A stretch of DNA of 64,000 nt, from positions 1,958,760 through 2,022,759 of the forward strand of contig CM082576.2 in NCBI GenBank assembly GCA_040954595.2, read 5' to 3'. Shown here piece by piece: positions 1 through 13,739 of this stretch. Origin of the DNA: Balanoglossus misakiensis (Eukaryota; Animalia; Hemichordata). Positions within the stretch are counted from its first letter, which is position 1. Each line of letters starts with the position of its first letter. The position numbers and the translations under genes are program-made. The notes under the pieces are model-generated. The model saw nothing but the letters and a program-made list of their open reading frames with translations. It was not told the origin of the DNA and did no database searches.

Positions 1-681
1 GGACCAAAATAAAAGGCAAAATTTTGGGCTCACCTGTAACACCTGCTTAACTCATTAATTATGTGCATACCTAATTCTGGGCTAACTAATAGGGCTAGAG
101 GTTTTGTGCTTGTGGGACATGGACCAGTATAGGGTAAAAAAAAATTGCCCAAATTTTGGGTGACCTCAGGTGACCTTTGACCTACTTTTCTATATCTCGG
201 CATCCAGAGCAGGTACAGACTTGGCGTTTGGAGGGTTGGGACTAAAATTTAAAAGCCAAAATTGAGGGTCACCTGTGACACCTGCTTATCTCATTAATTA
301 TGTGCATACCTAATTCCAGGCCAACCAATAGGACTAGAGGTTTGATTTTTGCTGAACATGAACCAGTATGGGGTCAAAATTTCTTGCCCAAATTTTGGGT
401 GACCTCAGGTGACCTTTGACCTACTTTACCATATCTCGGCATGCACAGCAGCTACAGCCTTGGCATTTGGAGGGATGGAACTCCTGATGGAGACTTACAC
501 TTTACCTCATTAATTATGCACATACATAATTGTAGGCGAACCAATAGGGCTAGAGATTTTGTTCTTGTGGGACACGGACCAGTATGGGGTCAAAATTTCT
601 TGCCCAAATTTTGGGTGACCACTTATGACCTTTGACCTTCGGCTTAAGCTTGGGCCCGTCATCGCTGCTTGCAGCTATATT
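1..681 (+). mobile_element. 3' part of a non-autonomous Helentron-associated (HINE/DINE-1-like) element with internal ~239-bp tandem repeats; truncated by the window edge
   Basis: Near-identical reverse complement of ~56137-56817. Three repeat units (GACCTTTGACCT at ~171, ~411, ~628), then the subTIR GCTTGGGCCC, the 3' stem-loop GCTGC-TT-GCAGC, and TATATT running into a T tract. Confidence 0.8.
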
Positions 682-3600
682 TTTTTTTGGTTTTAGTCGT
701 AACAGTGATAAAAGATAAATACACATCATCAGCGAGAAATGATTTGGGCTGGCACTCCGAGTACAGAGCCAGCAGGTATTGTTGTTGTCTGTTTATCAGT
801 AACAACATACTGTAGACAAAATTTCCTGAAATAACTTTTTATGAATAAGGAATGGTAAATACCAATTGGGCAGTCATACATGTAGGTATTTGGGCACCAA
901 CACTAACTGAAACTTCCCCATCATAAAACAAATTCTTATCTGGACAACTGACATGCGTTACAAATGATTGCAGTTTAATACTAGACATTATCTGTTGGAA
1001 ACACAACTGTCACATTCTTGGCATACCAGTCTCATTCAGGCAATGCCACACAAACAGCAAAACAAATACATGTACAGCACCATGCCATGAGTTTACTTTT
1101 GTTATTTGAGGCATGAAAATGTGACTGAAATATTTTTTGATAATGTTCAAAATGGTTTAATATTTTATTTGAGTTTCGAATAAAATCCTGCCTTTGGTAG
1201 TCGTTCGCTTGAATCCCAGTGCACCATTTCAACTGAAAAACATACAATTTCGGTTTTCTGATATTTCAACTTATGTTAACAAATGGTAAAATTAAGAGCA
1301 ATTTTATATAATTATAATTCAGAGGTTCACAATTCAGGAAATTGCTTTACGATAATTTAGACTGATGTTATTTGATGAAGGAAGTAAAATTAATATAAAT
1401 CAGCTAATTATGAATATTTTGACGCTATTTTTAATTTTTACAATGCTCATGTTCCAAAATGCCTTTTCAAAACAGAAGTCCATCAGTTATAATTATGCAT
1501 AAAATACTGAGGATGAATTAATCCAATTCCAGGCATTTAAAATGAAACAGCTTTTCTGACATATGTTGTGATGACAGTCTTTTTCAGTACACATATGATA
1601 TTGAGACATTGATGTCTGAAATAGACCATATACCTACATATGTTGAACACTGAATTATTCACCATATTTGACTGGTCCAAGATCTGCACTCCATATTTAA
1701 GTGCTGAGAAGTACCCACTCATATTCATGACTTGAACTCCCAGGCCCCCTGCCAACTTTTTTGCAAATTGATACACATACACATGCACAGAATCTTGTGA
1801 TGAATTGGCACATTTTCAAACATTTACCCAATAATGCTACCCACGTTACACTGCAGAGGACAGCTATGTAGTCGTAAAACCAGACCCACAAAGCATTGTA
1901 GAGGTAGATCTGCAGTGACATTGAATTGACAAACCTAGCGTACCTGGAACTATGCCATCAATGTTTAACAACCACACATACATGTATGAAAGGATGGCAA
2001 CACCTCTGTTGGCCAAGTCTACAGCCGTGTAAGATAGGGATCACTTTATCCTTGGAGTGCATATTCCTGTTACATCATATCTCTGCAGCCAGCTGATGAC
2101 CTCTCTCATTGTTTGCCCAGTCTATATATCCTACATGATGGATGACCAGCACTGGTACATGTAATGGCATGATATTTGATCATTTATCACATGTTACAAG
2201 TCCAGCGAAGTCCAGATGTATGGCAGCAGACACAAAAAGATCTAGTGGTATCCCCCACATATATAAATGTTACGAACAATAATTTCGGTGAAACTGTATT
2301 CTTAATCATTATTGTAGAAGACCTATACACCAAATACAAACCTTTATGTACTCCCGATTCTACCTTTTCATACAAAAACGCCAAACTTCAATGAGGGTCA
2401 AGTTCAGTGTTTCTGCCACTATATGTTGCAAGGGTTCTTCTATTTTTAGGTCTTATGACAGACTTCATAAAGTGTGAACAAGCTGCAGCAGTAAATATAT
2501 CAAGGACACATGCCAGAAATTGTAGTCACATGAGCATACAGTGCAGAGTCAGTGTATATTTAGCTTCAAGCATATTTACACAAGAAGACAGTTAGAGACT
2601 CCTTATGTTTTGGGTCAATTGAGACTCCGCCTTTGACCTTGTGATATTTGAGTACATCATCTGTGTACAGTGCAGGTTATCAGACCTCCACAAAATGCCA
2701 AAACCTAGTTTTTAGTTCATTGATAACAAAAATAACTCAGGAGTGATTCTAAGTGCCAATACACACACAATGGAACAGTTATCCCATTGGCAGCTAAATC
2801 ATACTATTGACAAATGTTTTGCAAATGCTTGACAGTTTTATCTTGTGAAGGACAAGATACATGTATCCTCTCCAAATGTTACATATGTTTCTTAAAAATC
2901 CTAGAAACAGTTTCTCACTGCCAGTGTATGTTTCAGACTATGTGTTTCACTTTGCATAGGTGTATCTGAACTCTGAAAAGCCCAAGGCTATTTTTGTCAA
3001 AGAACGCATACCTGCCATTAACCCTCTTTTGTCTGCAAAGAATGTTGACAGTAGTGTAAAGAAACCCGATTGTTACCCAGACAAAACTCTCCATGAATTT
3101 TGCTTTTTTCTTTCAATTCACTCACATGCATGGATTGGAGCTGAAGGACTTCTAAACACAAAAACACAAACCACTGTTATTGTTGTTGTTTACACTATCT
3201 TACAGGATGCAAATGCCAAAAATATTTGTGAACATAAAAATTTCTCAATTGGTGCCACAGACAAGAACCAGTGTGAGAATCTAGTGAGGCGATAGTATGC
3301 CAGGGTACAAATACTAATGATATATACACATTTCAATATAGTATCAGTGATCACAACCATGACTTCGTAAAACATTCTGTTTACTAAAACACCTTCATAA
3401 AACTTTGAACATTCCAGATAAAGAGAGACACTGTAGATTTTTAAGAAGGTTGTACTTTAATTAATCTTCCTGTAGAGTACATGTAGCTGGCCACTTATGT
3501 GAACATGTAATTCCTTTGAAACACACCAAACACCCACAAGGCAAAACCATTCACGCTCTGCTCATACAATACAGTTCTTGTTACAGTGTATGTACTGTTA

Positions 3601-5786
3601 CAAATGAATAAAACCACAAATCCATGTATAAGTAATGCTTCCTGAATGATACGGCTGGATGTCTACGTAAACCATAACACAGCTGGGTTCATGAACATAT
3701 TATTATTTCAGCCTGTTCAAAGCACACAACTTAAAGAACTCCAAGTGCCATTAGATGTACTCTCTTATTTTACCTGCGCTTTTGTTTAGTCATTTACAAC
3801 AAACTTGAATTCTTCACACAAACAATGGCTTCCACCAGGACAAAAGTTTGTGACAATAGGATGTCTTTCCCTTGACAGTCCCATAAATCATGGCAGATAG
3901 TGAAGCTACAGCCCTCTTGCAACAAGACTTTGTTGTTTGGCAATAGTGGCACATAACAGCTATAAAATGTTTGAGATGATCGATGGACAAGAACACCAAA
4001 GGGCATGTTTGCATACACGTACATGTACATGTACCTCAGGCATGTAGTCTAGTGAAGACCTGGCATTACTTAATGGCTAGCTTCTCATCTTGTGCTTAAC
4101 TCATTAAAAGCTGGAAAGTGGAAATACCTGGCAGAAGAAGCAGAACTGCACAATCACCGGATACAAAACATAGTGTGTATGTCAATGTTCCAGGAACCAC
4201 ACACCAAATCATTAGAACATACATGTAGGGGAAATGACAGTGGTAACAACAGTGGTATCTTTTGTAACAGAAGGGGTCTGGAATGTTTCTTTCGGAAAAG
4301 GCATTGTCAAGGCTCAAGGCTGATCCCTCTTGGGAGCAAAAACCACAGCTGCAAGACTGGAAAACCAGATACCGTATCTAATTGACCAGACATTTCCTTT
4401 GCAGGTCTCCAGTGTGAGAGAATAGGATGCAACAGGATGGGGGTCCAGCAGCTGTGGTTATCTACATTCTGGAACACACAGGAGTTCTTCATTGAGTTCC
4501 CTATGGTGGAAATATAAAATAGATGCTGGGCAAAGCCAGATACGGCAGGCAACAAATACTGTGGCATTTTATGGAATTCTGTAATAAATATATCCTGCTT
4601 CTTTCAATGGAAGGGAAATGGCTCATCCGATGGCTCGAGAGGGAAATTGTATACACAAGACTTTGCATGTGTAGTGCAAAGTGTGAAAAATAATAATGTA
4701 TGTGTCATGGAGTTTTTCAATCACGGTGTACCGGGTATAACTTGTTTTTCATGACTTTGCCTTGAAGTTGAAGTTCCAGTTGGATAAATGTGTTGTCTTC
4801 CAACACAGTTTATCACAGTACAATTTACAAGGTGAATTTCTGGATATTTTAATCACCCGTCTCTCTACGGCTAGCAGAGGGACTGTGGCTAAAGTTATCA
4901 TGTACGCTCTGTGCTTTGGTTTGCTTTGTGCATACACGTGCCATCAGGACATGATGACGACAATATTCCAGATCACACCAATCACTCACGAAATTTATGA
5001 GTGCAATGTCACTGTTTACATTGTCCTTGTAGCATTTCCATAACAACTAGTGTGTGTTTGTACAAGAACAACTGCCCTCTGTGTACTATAAAAATAATTG
5101 AAGATTTTTGGTGCCTTTATGTGGAATTATCAAGGGGCTCTTGAAATGGCTCAGGACCTCCCTTAAAGTTATACATGCCAAGTGAAGCGGGTAGCTGCAG
5201 AAATCTCTCTGCTTCATAATATACAGTCCTGTTGCATATGCCAGTAGTACGAGTGGATTATTCTGTACTTTGCATATCTTGAGTGGACCATGTAGTACAT
5301 TAGTATACGTGCAGGTACTCTACTTTCAACAAATTCACTGAAACTACTTCAGCCTATATATTCATATACTCCATGTACTCAGCTGGCAAACCAGCTGACT
5401 GGGTGAATCTAGGAGTTGCTATTAAAATCACATTTAAAATGTAAACTCTTACACTTTATGTAACATGAACAATAGATATAGAGGTCAATATTTGCTAAAT
5501 ATTGCCTTTGTCAACTGTCTAGACCTTGATATACACCTTGCAAGAATGCACACCTTGGTGAACACAGCTTGCAGGTATAAGAATGATTTATGACCTTACA
5601 TGGGTTCTGAACTACAATAATATCTGTAAATATTCTCGGAGGGTTTTGAGGTTTTGAAAACTCTGCCTTATCACTAGCTGCAGTACTGTACACATGTATC
5701 TTGACGTTTTGCCTGGTGTTTGGATTGGAAGGCAAAGCCTGGGTCACAGGACCTCCCTTTATGTCATGGATTGTGGAAGTCTTTCA

Positions 5787-5855
5787 TATGGTGTGACCAT
5801 ACATGTACAGATGGAAGGAACTATTAGTTCGCTCCATCTGTATGGTCATACCATA
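5787..5855. repeat. Near-perfect palindrome (MITE-like foldback) with a 6-bp insertion in the left arm
   Basis: Left arm ATGGTGTGACCATA[CATGTA]CAGATGGAAGGAACTA; reverse complement of right arm ATGGTATGACCATACAGATGGAGCGAACTA. Confidence 0.85.
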
Positions 5856-6204
5856 CTGTTTAAAACTGAAACAAATGAATGATTCACCTCATTTCCATAA
5901 GCAAGGCACATATTATAACTTATATGTATTTAATGACAAATAAAACAATTGTCAAAAGTACCAATTTTGTCTCTTTTAACCATGATGAACAAAATTTCTG
6001 GACATGTAACAAGAAACACTACCCCTGCAGAAGTTGCCTGTAGGCATTGCCTGACTGGGATGTTTTCTGAATCAGGCTACTATCCAAACATTTTGAGTAT
6101 CAGTATTTTATGGCCTGAGGATAGGGGTGTGGTGACTGCAGACATAAAACAACTTGGTAGCTGAATATGTCAAGTGTCCAGGTAAACCAGAGTCATCAGA
6201 GGGT

Positions 6205-7290
6205 AAAGACTGAGAGGGTGTTTATTGAATCAGCATGCAATGATGTTGTGCGAACAGTTTAATATGGATTTGTGAACGGGTATGTAATTCCAAACAAGGC
6301 CTAAAAGGTTTTTGTACAATGGTCGGGGACAGAGAGGTCAACCAGCTGTCACTAACAAACAAGGGGCCAACAGCCGAAATTGTTTGGATGTGACTCCTGA
6401 CTGACCTTTCCAAACCCCAGGCCACTGAAGGTGTCTATTTCAAAGCATGGAATAAAAAATCTTTTGCAAGAGTTTCATTGCATTCAACCATGGATGCACC
6501 ATGATTCTACCATCTATTCAATCGAGGACACCAGTTGACACGTACAGCACATTCCGTGTACCCTTCCGTATGTCTTCACTTCAGTCCCCAGTACAATGTA
6601 CACGACACAATATACTGTTTAGTCAACACAGCGGAAGGGTAGGTTTCGGAAGTCACGTCACGCTCATTGGCGTTACCGTGAAATTAACTTTGAAATATGT
6701 GATCTATGACAATCACCTTCGCTCAACACATTAAGTATTACTATATTTGCAGATTTATTTGTAGATCCATGTATCTACCACCCAATAACGTTTCTCTGCT
6801 CTACACCGATCGGAAAGGTCAAATTCTACAGGCTGCACAACTGGTAAACTGGCAACGACAACGTAAAGAAACGTTCGTCGTAGATTGAGATCGCTGGTGT
6901 CTTAACTTGTGTATATCATCGGAATAAGTTGGTCATCAAGATCTCTCCAAATAGGCATGCTTTTGAAAACAAACTCGTTGTCAGTACGGTGTTAACCTGT
7001 ACTATACTCAGCTGTAATGTAACAGTAAGTTGAGTAACACTGAACCCACGTCAATGGTTGATCGGTTACATCGTATCTGTCAGTAGGATGGAATCCCTCG
7101 TTTATTTTCCCTGGTGATCGCCATGTGTTATACACGAAAATGTCTACAAGCACATATCCACTCACCTTACGTTGCATCGAAAGGTTTCCCGTATGTTACT
7201 TTCCCTGAGGAACTCTGTTTTAAAACGATCGCCGACGAAGCCGAAACTGGGATTCAAGCAGAACAACAACACTACCGATTAGTCACGTGA
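6205..7290 (-). ncRNA. Candidate spliced minus-strand transcript divergent from MEMO1 (lncRNA or small ORF)
   Basis: CpG-rich stretch with E-box GTCACGTGA (~7282-7290); strong donor AAG|GTGAGT at 7166/7165; acceptor ...ctttgaaatag| at ~6435; minus-strand AATAAA at 6221-6226. The spliced ORF (MQRK+TPSVAWG..., ~74 aa) resembles no family I recognise. Confidence 0.3.
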
Positions 7291-8814
7291 TCGTGTGTAA
7301 GAGGGCAAGCACTTGTGGTATTCCTCGCCACATTTAGTTGTGTGGTGGCGCTAGCATCTTAACAAATTTACAACTTAAAAAATTTAAAAGGAAGCGTACA
7401 CGACTTTCCACAATTATGATTCCTCAGTCACTTGCTGTCAAACTACTTGAAACACATACAAGATTAATATTTGCAAATTATTGAAATAATAACTAATGAT
7501 AGTAATACTAATTTAATCATTTATATTGCGTCTTTTACACAGTGATCTGATCATAAGCGCTTCTCAGAGAATAAATAATACATGTAAAAAGGAATATAAC
7601 AATACAAATACATTTATAAGTACATGTATAACTATTTATAAGTATAAGCCATAATTTCTAGGCGCATACATATATCCCGTTTCCCTTATTAGGTTAAAAG
7701 TGCGGCGCTCCTTGACACGCCCCCTCCGGTTTTGTTCGGTGCCCTTTTGCCCCACCCGTGCGACCCGTGCCCATCATCATCTGACATATCATGGATGACT
7801 CATGATTGCTTGAGGTATGGTGAAGTATCACCAGTGCAGTGTGCCCGCGCCCCGCACAGTACTATTCTGACGTCTTGTGGTCACATACAAAATATGTGAT
7901 CATGTGTACTTGTGTGACCCGAACAGAGTTTCCTAGCCGGTGCCAAGGTCGAATAAAGTACATGAATGTCTGTTTTTGTCAATATTCAGCGACTGAGAGG
8001 AATTCCGAGTATCGGGTTGTTTAATGTATGGGTGTCTCGAAGGTGTACCGTAAAGTAACAGCCATGCAGGTCACGTATCTGATCACAGTTCCCCAAAAAG
8101 GACTGCTATCTGACGTACGTTCAGTTCGCATACGGATTTGAATATGATTGCGCAGTTGCAATTTCGTGTAGGGTGTGACTAACTGTGTGGCCTGACCTGT
8201 ACACACAGGTGATTCTTACAGAAAACCGACGAATTCGTATTCACACTAGTACTGTTAGTTATCTATCTGTTGCAGTAATATAGATAGGACCACAGTCGCT
8301 TGGGAATTGCTCCTATACCTAAGTAAAGGAGGAAAAGTTTTTTGAAATTGAAGAAAGTTTTCATTTTATGATTTTATGTTTAGGCGAAAATTGCGATTAA
8401 AATATAGGTAGTCACGAGCCTTAAAAGCTGCCGAGTAGTTTTCGGTATCATGCCTTGTGAGGGAATAGGAAAGGGAGAGAGTTGTCATGGTAGCTGATGA
8501 CTACCAGACGGTGGCCGTGCAAATGTTACAAAACACCGGTAAATAAGAAAATATACTCTATCATTACGTACATATTATGACGGCATAATAGTTTTAAAAT
8601 AACAACTGTACCGATGATGAATGACAGAATGCTATCAGTGGTATTTCATGCGCATCCAGCTATGTGAGCTGACCGTGGAATATTCTCGTGTTCACAGCAA
8701 AGCGCCCTCAACTCCTTAGAGGGCGCTATAAGATTAGGGCCCTTTATACTTGCTGTGTTGACCGTGAATTGAAATTTGTCTCTCGTCGAAAATCTGGCCA
8801 AAATAGGGTCTAAA

Positions 8815-11496
8815 ATGTCTACAAAAACAAGGAGAGCTACTCATGCAGGTAGCTGGTATTCAAGATCAGGTAAGGTTTACTTCTTCAATGGTTTGAAGTC
8901 CGCAACCCGTTAATTTCTCCACGACCTTATCTTGGCCTTGCTTTGTTTTGAGGAGTGAGTAATGTGTTTTGATGCTGGGGCCAGTCAGTTTAGCTTGGGT
9001 GGTGGATTTACTTTGGTGCATGTCAGAAATTCGCTGACCTTCGCAAATAGAAATCATTATAACAAAGAATAATCCAAGGAAAACAGTTATATCAATCCAT
9101 ACATGATTTGTATACATGTATGCAGACTGAGACCAGGTCACCGAAAATGTTTACCTTTTATCCCCTTTAGGAAGGGATTTGTCTGCAGAGCTGGGGAATT
9201 GGTTGAGTGCAGCACAGGCCAACCATGATCACAGACCAGCAAGAGCTATAATTGCTCCGTAAGTGCATCACACGTCTTTTCAGTTGCAACAGCTGCGACA
9301 TTGTGACAAGAAGGTCAGGGTACATGAGGTTTATGTGATGAAGTTCCATTACCCTTTATGGAATGTATCATTCCATAAAACTGGTAAAAGAAATCTTATA
9401 AGTTATATCCATTTTTCTGCAGGCATGCTGGATATTTATACTGTGGAAAGTGTGGAGCCCATGCGTACAAACAGGTGGATCCATCAAAAGTGTAAGTATG
9501 AGAGGGATGCTTCTGTGATTAGAGCTCTCAACCATTTGGACCAACATCTTCAAGATTTCATCCAGAAAACTGCTCATTTCTTCACAGTTTGGTAATTAGT
9601 GCTGTAACTTTTTTAATGCTTATACTCTCAATTTTTGAAATCTTGATAACAGGAAGCGTGTGTTTATCTTGGGACCATCTCATCATGTTCGACTTAGTGG
9701 ATGTGCTTTGTCCATTGCAACCACCTACAACACTCCATTGTACAATTTACCAATTGATGCTGAAAGTAAGTCTGCAGGTTACATTTCACCAGAAGACAGC
9801 AGGGCAGCTTTGCCATAGTACCTAACAGTACAAGTAGTACTAGTAAATGTGTATGAAATTATCCAAGTTTGTAGCAGAAAACAGCATACATGTATGTTTG
9901 GCAAGTGGTGCTGATTGGGAACTTTGGACTAGACCTATTGTCTTGCCTGGGAGAATACACGTCTCTTCGGAAACATCAACAAACTTAAATCTGGGAGTGC
10001 TGCAGGCACTCTGTAACATGCTGTCGTCTAAAGACAAACTGACTGCCACTCTCCACTTTTCAGTTTACAGAGAACTGTGGGCTACGGGAAAGTTTGAAGA
10101 GATGTCATTACAAATTGATGAAGATGAACATAGTATTGAAATGCATCTGCCATACATTGCCAAAGTAATGGAAAGGTGAGATATGAGTAGATTTTTATTT
10201 GAATAAGTTAGTTTGAAGCAAGCCAGCCCATCTCTACAGGGAAGTGTAATGTGCATCTGTTGTATCTTTCAGCCGTAAAGATGATTTTACCATTGTACCA
10301 ATCTTAGTTGGAGCACTGAGTGTTGAGAAGGAGCAAAAGTATGGCAGATTACTTTCTAAATACCTGGCCGATCCTCAGAATCTCTTTGTTGTTAGTTCTG
10401 ATTTCTGTCACTGGGGTAAGTTGAAGCTGTGTGTCATTGATCTGTGGTCAGTTCTTAAATACTGGTTGTGGTAGACTGTGACCAGGATAACGGGAATGAT
10501 CCAACCAAATTGATGTAGTTTGTGTTGTTTTCACAGCATGCACAATATTTATGTAAAGAAAATCTCAGTGATACCCCCTGTAACATTTCTTGCACTAGAT
10601 GTCATACATTGTACTAAAATCATACACAAGTAGTTCGTTTCTGGAATCTTAACTCTCTTTCATGATAATTCTTTCATCATGTTTCTCTGAATGTAATTTT
10701 TCCAACCACATCAGGAGAACGCTTCAGATTCACACATTATGACAAATCTCATGGTGAAATCTACAAGTCTATTGAAGCACTGGACAACAAGGTAAAACTG
10801 GCAAACCATTTCTTAAAGTTTATCATTTGCAAAGCAGGATGTGCCAAAAATTCTAGATGTATATATTTCATTCTCTCACATACACCAGACATCACTACAC
10901 GTATATACAAGAAGAAGTAATAAATGCATAATTTGACGAGAATAAAATATAACATCTTTTCTACAATAATAAATGCATTGGATGAATCCACTCAGTTTAA
11001 TTGTGTCTCATCAAATTTGTAGATTCCATTATTGAATGCTCTTAGCTAACCATAATGTAAATGTTTATTGACAGGGAATGAAGTTGATAGAAGATCTTGA
11101 CCCTGCTGGTTTTGCTAGTTATTTGAAAAAATATGGCAACACCATCTGTGGTAGACATCCTATTGGTGTGCTTCTCAATGTAAGTCATGATGATTGTGAT
11201 GAAAGATTTCTGTATAGTGAGGGTTCTTAGCTAATGTAAAAGACTTGTATTGCCCTGATGAGGTACAGCAGAAGTTGAGATCGTAAGTTGCATTGCATGG
11301 TTAAAATGCTGAGGTTGATGTCAAACTCAGCTGCCTTTTCTTTTCTCTCACTTCTCAGGCTATTGCAACTCTCCGTGAGAAAGAAAATGGTCGTCAGATG
11401 TCTTTAAAGTTCCTGAATTACGACCAGTCCCAACATTGCCGTAGTATGGATGAGAGTTCTGTCAGCTATGCAGCCGCTTCTCTAGCTATGAGATAG
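8815..11496 (+). CDS. MEMO1: Protein MEMO1 (mediator of ErbB2-driven cell motility 1), 299 aa, 9 exons
   Basis: Exons 8815-8869, 9171-9258, 9423-9491, 9653-9765, 10064-10175, 10273-10415, 10715-10791, 11075-11179, 11359-11496; all GT-AG, 900 nt in frame. Motifs [69 protein letters not shown]. Confidence 0.97.
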
Positions 11497-13739
11497 ATTT
11501 CAGTTGCCCTCACAGGAACATCATTGAGTTTTGACTACTTGATAGTGTTCAGAAGCATTTTTCACATTTTTGTTCCTGACAAAAATCAGTGGTAGCGTGT
11601 AGATGTGGTGTGGGTTTGGTTCATGTGTAGGGTCATAGTTCATTTCAAATCTTGAGAGTGTATGAGGCAATGGTGTGAAGTAAGTCCTGTGCAGGTACCT
11701 GAATACATCTACACATTAATAATGAATGAAATTGTACTGACATAATCTGGAATTTGTGAAATGGCTGCAGTGAAGAGCTGGCCATGACCTACAGAGTGAT
11801 GTAACCCTTCCTCCCCAATTTTTCTGCGTACGAGGCCATCTCTGTATGTACAGCATTAGTGAAGGGGATAAACTCAGTAATACAAATACCAGTGACTGTA
11901 ATTTACTTCATCATCAACACCGACATATTCAGAGTGTAAGAATACCAGAAAACGACAGAAATTTACAATTGTCATCCAATTATTGGAAATTTACTCATTA
12001 TTTAGTAGAAGTATTGGAGTCTTTTTACTTGTGGAAAATGGTATTGAAGGCAATTTTCAGTGATGATAAATCTCTGAGATATTATTGCAGATGGAACTCT
12101 CTCTTTCCTCATTTCTTGGTCCAAAGATAACATTCTCTGTGTAGACTGTGCCATTTTGTACATTTATGACCAAATCTACGAATCACAAATCTTAAGTTTT
12201 CTGTACAGACCAGAAGAAATCCAGATGGTATATGAACTCATAACTGTATGTTACAAATATAAGATTCTAAATATTCTATTTCTTAAATTTGTACTTTTAC
12301 AATTTTACTGCTCAATTTATGATTCAGTTTTAATATTTTGGACATATTTCTTTCTCTGTAGACCAATAAACAGAAAGTACACAAACTATGTAGAATTCTT
12401 GCAACATCAGTTAGTTGGTTGTCTGAAGAGGTTGTACCTTACGGTTTTCTTTTCATTTCAAGTGTATCCCATGAAGGCAGGTTTAGAAATACCATCATGT
12501 ATATTCAGTACTTAAGCAGAATATGCAAATAAAAGAAGTACCATGTGAACATTTGCGCATTTGTAAGATTTTTTTGAACCAGAAATGGGGAAAACCAGTT
12601 ATGTTGAGAGCGCCCTCTATAACCGACATTGCAGGCGTGTCTGCAGCCGGATAACAAAATCGCGTTGTGTTCATTGTATTTATTATCCAGAAATAAGAGA
12701 TATTCAGACCGAAGAATAGCCTATTGTCTTGTGAAATACAGCGAATAAACGAAAACAAGGGAGAGATGAAAATAAAACATATGGCATCAAGATTTGGCCA
12801 AGAACTGAATTGTCAAGTGATTATAATGCTACATGTTCTATCTCTGTCTCTTGAAAATCCAAAGCAATATAAGAAACTGTCATTCAAGAGACTGAATAAC
12901 GTTCCCTGTCAAATTTTGTCCCTTCTTCTCTTGCTTGTAAATTAATCAAAAGAATTGCTTGTATCAAAACATTCCAGCATTGGCAAGTGATTGACATATT
13001 GGTGAAAAGTTGTTGTTTGGTCTCAGAGAACTTGAACTTGCACTATTTATCAGAGATTTAATGTTGGATAGCAAAGTGAGCAGTACAAGAACATCCTTTA
13101 AAGATTTTATGGCTTTATACATGTAAAATAGCTGTCATCACTGATCTATGAGACATTGGGATCTGCATTTGAAAAAAGATGACCCTGTTGGTATCAATAT
13201 TTTATGGTTTTGAGACCTGAAATATCTGTGACAAATGTGAGTTAGAAGACTGTGGGTAGATGACAAGGGGCAATGTACAATGACTATAATACTTGATACG
13301 AATCAAAAGAAAAACTGGATTGGTAAAAAAGGGGCCAATTCCATTAGAATATGAGAATGGACACTTTCCATATCAGATCATGGCAGTGCAACATCAGTTG
13401 CATTTACAAGTGCATTACATGTCAGAGTAAGATCTAGGTCTACGCTAGAGGTGACCAGGAAACATAAAAAAGCCTACGCATTTCGGTAATCTACAAAAGC
13501 CGAACTGGAGCTGTTGTGCGCGATAACATGGCATAATCAATTATCCTGGATAATCAAACGCCTGCGAAAGGACAACCTGGAAAAGTCACGTGGAATGGAC
13601 ATAGCCTCGTTGTGGTATATACTGTACACTGTATCGATCCAGTATAAACATCACATTGCATCGGAGCCAAACAAACCGTTATCCCTACGATCGACAGTCT
13701 CAGCCGCCGGTATCATGTAGGCTTCAGACGGAACCCGCG

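Noticed and set aside
441-635. 64-aa ORF repeated three times (also 54829-55023 and 56183-56377)
   Set aside because: Lies inside the tandem-repeat units of the non-autonomous element and has no protein motif.
4096-4567. Minus-strand ORFs of 86 and 73 aa
   Set aside because: No recognisable motif and no frame-consistent exon chain; kept only as possible non-coding exon sequence.
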